The position numbers were made by a program, and so were the translations under genes. From NCBI GenBank assembly GCA_045545475.1, contig JAZQAZ010000034.1, positions 33,287 through 97,286 on the forward strand: a stretch of DNA of 64,000 nucleotides, written 5' to 3'. This DNA is from Clostridia bacterium. GTDB taxonomy: Bacteria; Bacillota; Clostridia; CAKSNL01; HGM11501. Each line of letters opens with the position of its first letter. Within the stretch, counting starts at the first letter, position 1. The notes beneath the pieces were generated by a model. That model was not told the origin of the DNA, did no database searches, and was given only the letters and a program-made list of their open reading frames with translations. Shown piece by piece: positions 19,195 through 27,830 of this stretch.

Positions 19195-21397
19195 AGACAG
19201 ACTTTCAAGTATGAGGGAAACAAAAATCCGTCATACTCTCTTAAAAAGAAAGCAAAACGGCTTTACCGATTTAGACGATTTCGGCACAGTGCCCATTTCC
19301 GAGGGCTATGCCGTAACACCCTGGTACAACAGCGAAAACGGAAGCTTTTACGGACTTGACGGAATGTGTGAAAACTTCTGCCGTGTACTTGATGCCCACG
19401 AGCCATATGTTGACCCCATGGAAATGCTTTGCGGTCGCTGGAGAGATATGCTTGTAAACTACAGAGGCGACCTTCACTATATGCCCGACTGGCTTAAGAA
19501 CAACCTTAAAAATCTTGAGTTTATCAAAAACGGTGCCACAAATCAGTGGAGTAAGCGTTGGGACGAACAGCGTTTTCCCTATGACCACTTAAAGCCCTGG
19601 CAGGAAAAGTACAACATCACCACCGGCATTGACGGGGATGCCCACTTTGCCTGCGACTATAAAATCGGCTTTGAGCTTGGCTTTGGCGGTTTCCTTGACA
19701 AAATTAAAAAATACCGCGAAATAAATCCCGATAAAAAGGCGTTTTACGATGCGGAAGAGCGATGCGTTCTTGCGATAGTTGCCTTTATCGACCGCCATAT
19801 TGCAAAAATCGGAGAGATGATAAAAACGGAAAACCGCTCCGAAATAAAGGAAAATCTTGAAACGATGAAAAAGGTCTGTGAAAATATTCGCCTGGGTGCA
19901 CCGCAAACCTTCCACGAGGCTTGTCAATGGACGGCGTTTTTCAACTGCGCATCCCGAATTTACACCCGTGACGGTGCAGGCTTTCAGCTTGACGGGCTTT
20001 TATATCCCTTCTACGAAAAGGACGTAAAGGACGGAATAATAGACGATGAAACAGCAAAATTCTTAATTGCAAACCTTCTTTTAATTGATCCCCATTACTA
20101 TCAGATTTCGGGCGTTGACGAAAATGATTGCGATATGACAAATAAGCTTTCCTACCTTATTCTTGACGCGGCAGATTCCATAAACATCGCCTGCAACTTA
20201 ACCGTAAGGGTGCATCCTGCCTGCGATAAGGAGTTTCTTAAGAAAGCGGTTTCCTGCCTTCTTAAAAATAAAAACGGATGGCCCAGATTCTGTAACGATA
20301 AAGCTCTTTGCGAGGGCTATATGAGAAACGGCGTGGACAAGAAAACCGCCCGTGAAAGAATTGCCGTGGGCTGTAACTGGATGTGCGTGCCCGGCAAGGA
20401 ATTCCCCATGAATGACACGGTAAAAATCAACGTGGCAAAGGTTATGGAAGAAGCCTTAAAGGATATGAAATCGGAAAAGGAAAAATCCACCACCCGACTT
20501 TTTGAAATTTACAATGAGCATCTTAAAAAAGCGGTTGAAATCACCGCCGAGGGCATAAATCTTCATATTGACCACGCCCACGACGTAACCCCCGAGCTTA
20601 TTATGAATTTAATGATGCATAACACTTTGGAAAAAGGCCTTGATATATCAGAGTGTGCCTCTCTTTACACCGTGGGCATTGACGGAGCGGGCCTTGCTGT
20701 GGTTGCCGATTCCTTCGGTGCTATGGAAAGCCGCATCGAAAAGGAAAAACTTCTTACCTGGGATGAGCTTTACGGGGCACTGGAGAGTAATTTTGCCGAT
20801 GAGCGAATCCGCCTTATGTTAAATTCAGCACCCCGCTACTGCGGCGGCGAAACGGTGTCGGATATTTGGGCAAATCGTCTTACAGAGTCCTGGGTTAAAA
20901 CCGTCAAGGGGCAGAAAATGCCTGAGGGCAGGTGTTTAGTTCCCGGTTGGTTTTCCTGGAGCAGAACCATTGAATATGGTTCTAAGGTTGGCGCAACCCC
21001 CAACGGCAGAAGGGCAGGGGAGCCCATTTCCCATGGTGCAAACCCCAATCCCGGCTTCCGTCGTGACGGTGCCGTTACCGCGCAGAGCGAGGGCATCGCA
21101 AAAATTCAGTGCGGCTACGGAAACACAGCACCGTTGCAGCTTGAGTTTGATCCCAATCTTGCAAATGACGAGGCGGGAATTGACACGGTTACAAGCTTAA
21201 TTGAAGCACATTTTGAAAACGGCGGAACATTAATAAACATCAACATCCTTGATAAGGATAAGCTTCTTGCCGCCAACGAAAACCCCGACCTTTACCCCGA
21301 CCTGGTTGTAAGAGTAACAGGCTTCACCGCATATTTTGCAAGCCTTTCACCACGTTTCCGTCAGCTTGTGGTAGACAGGTTCTTAGAAGGTATGTAA
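19181..21397 (+). CDS. Glycyl radical enzyme (PFL-fold), uncharacterised subclass, 738 aa
   Basis: C-terminal fingerprint VVRVTGFTAYF (Gly714). Candidate thiyl Cys398 in AVGCNWMCVPGKE lies 316 residues upstream, comparable to PFL Cys419-Gly734. A dedicated activase lies upstream. Confidence 0.85.
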   Translation: MLTYKDRLSSMRETKIRHTLLKRKQNGFTDLDDFGTVPISEGYAVTPWYNSENGSFYGLDGMCENFCRVLDAHEPYVDPMEMLCGRWRDMLVNYRGDLHYMPDWLKNNLKNLEFIKNGATNQWSKRWDEQRFPYDHLKPWQEKYNITTGIDGDAHFACDYKIGFELGFGGFLDKIKKYREINPDKKAFYDAEERCVLAIVAFIDRHIAKIGEMIKTENRSEIKENLETMKKVCENIRLGAPQTFHEACQWTAFFNCASRIYTRDGAGFQLDGLLYPFYEKDVKDGIIDDETAKFLIANLLLIDPHYYQISGVDENDCDMTNKLSYLILDAADSINIACNLTVRVHPACDKEFLKKAVSCLLKNKNGWPRFCNDKALCEGYMRNGVDKKTARERIAVGCNWMCVPGKEFPMNDTVKINVAKVMEEALKDMKSEKEKSTTRLFEIYNEHLKKAVEITAEGINLHIDHAHDVTPELIMNLMMHNTLEKGLDISECASLYTVGIDGAGLAVVADSFGAMESRIEKEKLLTWDELYGALESNFADERIRLMLNSAPRYCGGETVSDIWANRLTESWVKTVKGQKMPEGRCLVPGWFSWSRTIEYGSKVGATPNGRRAGEPISHGANPNPGFRRDGAVTAQSEGIAKIQCGYGNTAPLQLEFDPNLANDEAGIDTVTSLIEAHFENGGTLININILDKDKLLAANENPDLYPDLVVRVTGFTAYFASLSPRFRQLVVDRFLEGM

Positions 21398-21415
21398 TAA
21401 GGAGAGGTAAAAAAG

Positions 21416-21515
21416 AGATTCTTCCTCGGCATAGCCTTCATCAGAATGACATAGGTGTACTATGCTGTCATTCTGATAGAGGGGATTCTGAAAGCCCCGA
21501 AGGAAGAATCTGAAA
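21416..21515. repeat. 100-bp MITE-like hairpin element
   Basis: Terminal inverted repeats agattcttcctcgg / ccgaaggaagaatct. Inner inverted repeat atcagaatgaca / tgtcattctgat. Flanked by direct repeats aaggaga(g/t)gtaaaaaa(a)g at 21399-21415 and 21516-21533. Confidence 0.65.
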
Positions 21516-21801
21516 AAGGAGATGTAAAAAAAGTCCAGACCGCAAAAAGGCAAATAAATTAGTGGGTTGGGCAAAGTTACAAACTCTATGTTGTAAAATA
21601 GTGTTGAAAAATCGCATTCCTGCGATTTTTCTTCATTTTGAGCCTTTTTGCTACGAACAAACTTCACCCTCAACGTATCTATATACGCCTTCGGGTAACT
21701 TTCGAAAAGTCTGTAAACAGACTTTCTCAATTCAGTTTGTCCGTTCTGAAGCATTTTTTCCTATCTCCTGAAAAAGGGGCTGTAATTATTTTACAGCCCC
21801 T

Positions 21802-24636
21802 TTATTTTACAAGATATGCACTTATTTCCTTTACGGTAATTGTACCTGCACCGGTATCTGTTTTGGGTGTAACGGATATTTTCTTAACACAGATTGGTTT
21901 TGTGAAAGTGTAAAGGGATGCACCTGTTGTTATGTCATAGTCGCTGACTCCAACGGACAGTTTATTTCCCTCCGAGTCATATATGTGAACTTCCATTTTC
22001 ATATATTCATCTGATAAGACTGCCGAAATGCTTACACCATCTATCACAAGACCTTCTTTGCCGGGAAACTCCACCATAAGAGTTTTGTCATGAAGAAAAT
22101 CAATGACTTCTGCACTGTCTGTTTCATCAAGAACTGCGGCGGCGGGAAGGTAGGAGGTGTCCTTTTCTATCTTATAGGCGGACCACCCTGTTTTGTTTAC
22201 GAAAGCCTTTTCTCCTGTGGAAGCGTTAAGTGTTGCTATAGTTTCGTCGTTATTTTTTGCTGTGAAGAGACCGCCTATGGCAATGCCACCAAATACGATA
22301 ATGGCAATAGAGGCGATGAGAACCATGAACTTGAAGTTTTTTCCGGAAACTATTTTATTGAAAACACGTTTAATCGGGGAATAATGCTCGCTTACTATTC
22401 CGGATATAACTTTTTTGAATTCCAAAGTGAGGTCTTTATATTCAGGGTGAAGTACCGATACATTATCAAGCTCTTTTTTCAGCTTTTTTATATTACGGTC
22501 ATTGGTTAAAAGTGTATTGTGACGAATGAAAAATTTACGCAGTGACTCATAAAATGATGTGAGGACGGTAAAGTCTGTTCTGATTCCGGGGATATCCCTT
22601 ACAATACGCCCGTTTTTGGTCATAGGTGGAATAAAGAGGTTTGATGATAAAAACCACTCTATGAATTCAAAGGGAGGAATTGATTGCTCCTTATCTATAA
22701 ATTCCAGAATGCTGTCAAAATCCACCTGAGCACGGGAATCCTTTGAACCGTAAATATAAAACAAAATTATGTAAACAATGCGTCTCGGAGAGTCCTTCTT
22801 TTCCTTTATACAACGGAGAAGTAGGGCTTTGAGCAAATCTTCTTTAGCTTTACCGTCTGATTGAGAGTCTGCAAAGTTTGCCCTTATGTTTTCAAAACCG
22901 AAGGCATCATAGTGAACAAATGACATGGCCATATCGTTGGTTAATGCCATTATTTCCTTTGCAGCCATTGCGATTTTGTGTTTGACAGTACATTCTTCGT
23001 TGATTGCTTCTCCGTCGGCAAGGGGGAATTTTTCAATTTTTGCAAGGTTGAGCTCCGAAATATCCAGCGTGGTCATATAGTTTTCAAGAGCATAACGATA
23101 AATTACGTTAAAGAGGGAGGCGTTATCAGGATGCTTGTCTTTAAGGGCAAGACACTTCTCCTCAAGATACTTAACTGCCTCAAAGCGGTCGCCCGAAGTA
23201 TCATAAAGTTGCATTGCTCTTTGCTGTATCATTGATATAATAAGCTCGCTGTCGGCAAGCTGAGGCATTTCGGAAAAAATACTGTCCGCAAATTCCATAA
23301 CCGAATGAACGGTTTTACGCTGTTCGATAAGATAGGTGAAATAGCGTGTTATTAAGCGGTTGCTTTTTGCCATTTTATGCTCTATTAATTTGTTATACAG
23401 CTCGCTGCTTCCTCTGGATGAGTCGATGTGCATGAAAAGAATTTCATTTTCCGAGGATTTAAGGCAGGAATCTATATCCAGCGTTATAAGGTCATAAAGT
23501 TCGTCTTTCTGCTTTTCTGGACAAAGGTCGTATGTTGAAACCAGTCTTTTGAGAATTTCCGGAGGGATCAGTATTTCCTTGCTTTTAATATAGCGTCTGT
23601 AAAGCTTTATAAATTCAGAATAAGAGGCGAGCAGACCTGGTTTGTCATCAGAACGCAAAAATTCTGCAAAAACTGTTGTAATTCTGCCGAGTCTTTGAGG
23701 AAGTGTTTCCTCGTTATCCTTTAAGTTATATATATAGGCAAGGTCGTTATAAAAACGCAGTGACAGAATTTTTTCTGTGGGAAAAGCACGTTCAGCTTCT
23801 CTGGCAAAAGCAAAAAAGTCTGAAAGTGAGGTGCCTGTGGCAAAGCTTGTTGATACAAAGGAAAGGTATTCCTCAGAAAGAGCTTCCTTTGTGTCAGGAA
23901 CCTGAGAACGGTTTTTCTTGCTGAAATTGAATATATAATCCTTTGAAGCGTCATAGGATTCGATTGAAAATCTTCCGCTGGGCGAGACTTTATCGTCGGG
24001 AATAAAGTAGATATTTATTTCGGGGCGAATCTCTGTTTCTCCGAAAAGAGTGCAAAAGCCGGTTTTGCTTCTCATAAAAAAGGGAAGGTATTCGTAGAGT
24101 CCGTACATTATGGCACATATTTTATCAATGTCTGTTTTTCTGGGAAGAGCAATGAAAATTTTTCTGTTTTGCTCAACAGATGCGAAAACAGCGGCGAGAA
24201 GTGCCATGTATTCTGTATGAGACATGTTAAGGGAGGCAAAAGCTTTTTTCAGGAAAGTGCTGCGTTCTTTTGTAAAAGGAAGTTCCTTTAGCGACGGCAG
24301 ATATGGGTTTTTTGCATCATCGGGTTCAGGGAGAGCCAAAATGGCAGCAGGGTCGGAAACAACGGCAGATACATCATCCTGAGGAATGATGTAATTATGG
24401 ATGCAGGAATAAGGTTCTGTAGCCGATTTCATTCCCGTGCCGATTAAAAGACCGCCACCCGATAAAGGAATGAAGCTTTTGTATCCGGGCGAGTCTTTGC
24501 CCTCTAGATAAAAGAGATCCAGCATGGAGTAAAAAGGACGGATTGCATTGTCGATATATTCTTCGGTTAACGTTGTGGATTTTGAAGAAGTTTCAAGTCC
24601 AATTCCCGTTTTTATGTAAATTTGCTGTTCTATCAT
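21802..24636 (-). CDS. Large orphan single-pass membrane protein (944 aa)
   Basis: Strong RBS aaaaaggagg. About 740 cytoplasmic residues, one TM helix (FKFMVLIASIAIIVFGGIAIGGLF), then a beta-rich exodomain of about 160 aa ending ..GAGTITVKEISAYLVK. No family recognised. Confidence 0.7.
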   Translation of the reverse strand: MIEQQIYIKTGIGLETSSKSTTLTEEYIDNAIRPFYSMLDLFYLEGKDSPGYKSFIPLSGGGLLIGTGMKSATEPYSCIHNYIIPQDDVSAVVSDPAAILALPEPDDAKNPYLPSLKELPFTKERSTFLKKAFASLNMSHTEYMALLAAVFASVEQNRKIFIALPRKTDIDKICAIMYGLYEYLPFFMRSKTGFCTLFGETEIRPEINIYFIPDDKVSPSGRFSIESYDASKDYIFNFSKKNRSQVPDTKEALSEEYLSFVSTSFATGTSLSDFFAFAREAERAFPTEKILSLRFYNDLAYIYNLKDNEETLPQRLGRITTVFAEFLRSDDKPGLLASYSEFIKLYRRYIKSKEILIPPEILKRLVSTYDLCPEKQKDELYDLITLDIDSCLKSSENEILFMHIDSSRGSSELYNKLIEHKMAKSNRLITRYFTYLIEQRKTVHSVMEFADSIFSEMPQLADSELIISMIQQRAMQLYDTSGDRFEAVKYLEEKCLALKDKHPDNASLFNVIYRYALENYMTTLDISELNLAKIEKFPLADGEAINEECTVKHKIAMAAKEIMALTNDMAMSFVHYDAFGFENIRANFADSQSDGKAKEDLLKALLLRCIKEKKDSPRRIVYIILFYIYGSKDSRAQVDFDSILEFIDKEQSIPPFEFIEWFLSSNLFIPPMTKNGRIVRDIPGIRTDFTVLTSFYESLRKFFIRHNTLLTNDRNIKKLKKELDNVSVLHPEYKDLTLEFKKVISGIVSEHYSPIKRVFNKIVSGKNFKFMVLIASIAIIVFGGIAIGGLFTAKNNDETIATLNASTGEKAFVNKTGWSAYKIEKDTSYLPAAAVLDETDSAEVIDFLHDKTLMVEFPGKEGLVIDGVSISAVLSDEYMKMEVHIYDSEGNKLSVGVSDYDITTGASLYTFTKPICVKKISVTPKTDTGAGTITVKEISAYLVK

Positions 24637-24706
24637 ATCCTTTTCCTCCTTTTTTGAAATTCATAAATATATTCTATCAAAAGTCAGTACATTTTTCAAG
24701 TTATTC

Positions 24707-24735
24707 TTGACAAATGAATGAAAATTTTTTATAAT
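24707..24735 (+). promoter_or_regulatory. Sigma-A-type promoter for tRNA-Thr
   Basis: ttgaca, 17-nt spacer, tataat, ending 20 nt before the tRNA 5' end. Confidence 0.6.
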
Positions 24736-24755
24736 ATTAAATGTTGTGAATATAT

Positions 24756-24831
24756 GCTGGTGTGGCTCAGTCGGTAGAGCAATTGATTCGTAATCAATAG
24801 ATCGTCGGTTCAAGTCCGATCACCAGCTCCA
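24756..24831 (+). tRNA. tRNA-Thr (anticodon CGT), CCA encoded
   Basis: Cloverleaf folded by hand: acceptor GCTGGTG/CACCAGC, D arm GCTC..GAGC, anticodon arm ATTGA-TTCGTAA-TCAAT, T arm GTCGG-TTCAAGT-CCGAT, discriminator T, CCA. Confidence 0.9.
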
Positions 24832-24871
24832 AAAAAGAGAGAGCTACGCAAAGCGTGGCTCTCTCTTTTTT
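24832..24871 (+). terminator. Terminator after tRNA-Thr
   Basis: aaaaaagagagagc..gctctctctttttt hairpin with a T run. Confidence 0.8.
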
Positions 24872-24894
24872 GAATCTTAATGACGGACTTGAAA

Positions 24895-24936
24895 GGGCGG
24901 TCCAAACAAACAGTCCGGCGGACTGTTTGTCCGCCC
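24895..24936. other. Long GC-rich hairpin of unknown role
   Basis: gggcgg-tc-caaa-caaacagtcc-ggc-ggactgtttg-t-ccgccc (10-bp inner plus 6-bp outer stem). Lies between tRNA T-loop-like fragments. Confidence 0.6.
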
Positions 24937-25132
24937 GTGGCTTTTCCGCAGAAAAGCAAGTCCGATCACAAATAAAAGTATAGCTGTTTTTTGAATTTGT
25001 AATTGGCGGAGCGAACTTGTCTTAGGCGAAATTACCCGAAGGGAATTTAGCCGGAGGCAACGCTCAAGGTCCGCCGTGAGGTTAAGCGTTGACTGATTAT
25101 GGGAGCGAACTTGTCTGGCGTGTTTTTTTCTA

Positions 25133-25161
25133 TTGAAAAAGACACAATAATATGATAAAAT
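25133..25161 (+). promoter_or_regulatory. Sigma-A-type promoter for glsA
   Basis: ttgaaa, 17-nt spacer, taaaat. Confidence 0.45.
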
Positions 25162-25190
25162 TTATTTATTAATATTTGACGGTGATAAAA

Positions 25191-26105
25191 ATGAAAAAAT
25201 TACTTGATAAAATACTCAGAGAAACTTATGATTTAAGAAAAGAAGGAAAGGTTGCTTCCTATATCCCGGAACTAGCTAAGGCAAATATCGACAAAATGGG
25301 AATATGCATTGTCAATGCAGAAGGTGAATATTTTGCCGGGGACTACGATGAAAAATTTACCATGCAGAGCGTGGTAAAACCTGTAATACTTCTTCTGGCT
25401 CTTATGGATAGAGGAATGGATGCCGTCCGTGCATTGGTGGGAGTTGAGGCGACGGGAAAGCCCTTTGATGCCTTTAATTACAGCGACCAGGCACTAAAGG
25501 AAGACCACATAAATCCTATGATAAATACGGGTGCAATTGCTCTTTGTACATTGATTTCAGGAGAAAATTATGATGAAAAGTTTAACCGCCTTTTAAATCT
25601 TGCAAGAAAAATGGCGGATAATCCGAATCTTTCCCTTGATAAAAGCGTGTATCTTTCTGAGAAGGCGACCGGGAATAAAAACAGGGCACTTGCCTACATG
25701 CTTAAGGCTTACGGAATGATAGAAGATGATGTTGAAAGTGTGGTTGACTGTTATTTCAAGGCCTGCTCTGTTAAGGTGGACTCATCTGACCTTGCAAAAA
25801 TTGCCTACGTCCTTTCAAATAAGGGAGTGAATCCTAAAACCGGCGAAAGGCTTTTCAATGAGGAATATGCAAGGTTTGTAAATGCTGTTTTAACAACGTC
25901 GGGTATGTACGATGGCTCCGGAGAATTTGCTATAAATGTGGGAATTCCGGCAAAAAGCGGTGTCGGCGGCGGAATTATGGGCGTTGTGCCGGGTAAAATG
26001 GGAATAGGAATATATTCTCCGGCCCTTGATAAAAAAGGAAACAGTGTTGCAGGAGTAAAGGCGATGGAGGCCTTGAGCAGACATCTTGACTTAAGTATTT
26101 TCTGA
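25191..26105 (+). CDS. glsA: Glutaminase A
   Basis: Serine-beta-lactamase-like glutaminase motifs: YIPELA, FTMQSVVKP, NPMINTGAI, SGVGGGIMGVVPG. Confidence 0.9.
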   Translation: MKKLLDKILRETYDLRKEGKVASYIPELAKANIDKMGICIVNAEGEYFAGDYDEKFTMQSVVKPVILLLALMDRGMDAVRALVGVEATGKPFDAFNYSDQALKEDHINPMINTGAIALCTLISGENYDEKFNRLLNLARKMADNPNLSLDKSVYLSEKATGNKNRALAYMLKAYGMIEDDVESVVDCYFKACSVKVDSSDLAKIAYVLSNKGVNPKTGERLFNEEYARFVNAVLTTSGMYDGSGEFAINVGIPAKSGVGGGIMGVVPGKMGIGIYSPALDKKGNSVAGVKAMEALSRHLDLSIF

Positions 26106-26109
26106 TATC

Positions 26110-26138
26110 TTGACAAAAGGAATAATCCGTTATAAAAT
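26110..26138 (+). promoter_or_regulatory. Sigma-A-type promoter for ilvBN
   Basis: ttgaca, 17-nt spacer, taaaat. Confidence 0.45.
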
Positions 26139-26161
26139 CAATGATTAAAGGAGGCGTTTTT

Positions 26162-27826
26162 ATGTTGCTTTCAGGTGCAGATATTATAGTAAAAACTTTA
26201 ATAGAGCAAAATTGCGAAGTTGTTTTCGGCTACCCCGGAGGGCAGATATTGAACGTCTACGATTCGCTTTACAAATACAAAGATGAAATCCGCCATATCT
26301 TAACGGCTCACGAGCAGGGTGCCGCTCATGCGGCAGACGGTTATGCAAGAGCCACGGGCAAGGTTGGAGTTGTTATGGCAACAAGCGGCCCCGGTGCTAC
26401 AAATCTTGTCACCGGAATTGCTACGGCTCATCTTGATTCCGTTCCTATGGTGGCGATTACAGGTAACGTAATATCAAGCCAGATAGGTAATGACAGCTTT
26501 CAGGAAATTGACATAACAGGTATCACACTTCCTATTACAAAACACAACTATTTCGTTGACGATATTTCCGAGTTAGCGGATACTATCAGAGAGGCTTTTG
26601 CTCTTGCAAAAAGCGGAAGACCAGGCCCGGTCTTAGTTGACGTTCCGAAGGATGTACAGATGGCTTTTTATGAATATGAAAAAGAGGAGCCTGTAGAGCC
26701 TTACGAAGCTTTCCCCGCAAAGGAAATAAGGATAAAGGAAGCGGCAAAAACCATAAATAAAGCTAAAAAGCCTTTTATTTATTTCGGAGGAGGTCTTCTG
26801 TCATCGGGGGCAAAAGAGGAAATGCTTGCCTTGGCTGAAAAAATCGATGCCCCCATCGGTTGCTCTCTTATGGGGCTTTCGGTAATTCCTACGGATCACC
26901 CACGCTTTTTAGGAATGCAGGGGATGCACGGTAATTTAGCCTCGACGCTTACCATGCATGCATCGGATTTAATTATTGCCCTCGGCGTCCGCTTTTCAGA
27001 ACGTGTGGTTGGAAGAAGGAATAAGTTTTCTCCAGATGCAAAAATTGTGCATATTGATATTGACGGTGCGGAGTTATCAAAGATACTGTCAACAGAGCAC
27101 GCCTTGAGGGGAGATATAAAGGAAACGCTTACAAAGCTTATTCCTCTTATACGCACAAAGCATAATGAAGAATGGAATGATACGGTAGTAAAAAACAGAG
27201 AAAAAGCGGCGTCTCTTTCTGACAGCAGAGAGGGAATGACACCAAAGAACATACTCGGACTTTTAGGAGAATTTTTAAGTGAGGATACCCCGGTTGCAAC
27301 GGATGTGGGACAGCATCAGATGTGGTCGGCACAGTATCTCAAATTCAGAAAAGAACGGAAATTCCTAACCTCCGGGGGACTTGGTACAATGGGCTTTGGT
27401 TTAGGAGCGGCAATCGGTGCATCTGTCGGAACAGACGAACGGAGTGTTTTAATAACAGGCGACGGAAGCTTCGGCATGAATTTAACTGAGCTTGCAACGG
27501 CGGTTAGTGAAAAAGTTCCTGTTGTGATAATTATAATGAATAACGGGGTACTGGGAATGGTCCGCCAGTGGCAGACTCTTTTCTTCGATAAGCACTATTC
27601 GGAGACGGAGCTTTTAAGAAAAACCGATTTCTGTGCTGTGGCAAAGGCTTTCGGTGCAACAGGCGAAAAGGCAGAAAATCTTTCGGAGCTTAAGGCGGCA
27701 CTTGAAAAAGCCTTTAAGGAGGAAGGACCTTTCGTTATTGATTGCAAGGTTTGTAAAGACGAATTTGTTCTTCCCATGCTTCCACCGGGAGGCTCGGTTT
27801 CCGATATAATAACAGAAAAGGAGTAA
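26162..27826 (+). CDS. ilvB: Acetolactate synthase (AHAS) large subunit
   Basis: ThDP enzyme motifs GYPGG..L..YD, HEQGAAHAADGYAR, GDGSFGMN..ELAT. Followed by the small subunit gene. Confidence 0.92.
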   Translation: MLLSGADIIVKTLIEQNCEVVFGYPGGQILNVYDSLYKYKDEIRHILTAHEQGAAHAADGYARATGKVGVVMATSGPGATNLVTGIATAHLDSVPMVAITGNVISSQIGNDSFQEIDITGITLPITKHNYFVDDISELADTIREAFALAKSGRPGPVLVDVPKDVQMAFYEYEKEEPVEPYEAFPAKEIRIKEAAKTINKAKKPFIYFGGGLLSSGAKEEMLALAEKIDAPIGCSLMGLSVIPTDHPRFLGMQGMHGNLASTLTMHASDLIIALGVRFSERVVGRRNKFSPDAKIVHIDIDGAELSKILSTEHALRGDIKETLTKLIPLIRTKHNEEWNDTVVKNREKAASLSDSREGMTPKNILGLLGEFLSEDTPVATDVGQHQMWSAQYLKFRKERKFLTSGGLGTMGFGLGAAIGASVGTDERSVLITGDGSFGMNLTELATAVSEKVPVVIIIMNNGVLGMVRQWQTLFFDKHYSETELLRKTDFCAVAKAFGATGEKAENLSELKAALEKAFKEEGPFVIDCKVCKDEFVLPMLPPGGSVSDIITEKE

Positions 27827-27830
27827 TTTT

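Noticed and set aside
21383-21754. 123-aa minus-strand ORF in the gap between the glycyl-radical-enzyme gene and the 944-aa gene
   Set aside because: It reads straight through the MITE-like hairpin (21416-21515) and an 11-bp-stem hairpin (21607-21632), overlaps the end of the glycyl-radical-enzyme gene, and has no RBS. It is more likely non-coding repeat DNA.
24870-25132. Riboswitch or T-box leader for glsA
   Set aside because: The best sigma-A promoter (25133-25161) lies downstream of the structured region, so the region would not be in the glsA 5' UTR. No match to any riboswitch consensus I can recall (T-box, glutamine, c-di-GMP, ydaO, ykkC). It is kept only as an unexplained repeat/hairpin region.
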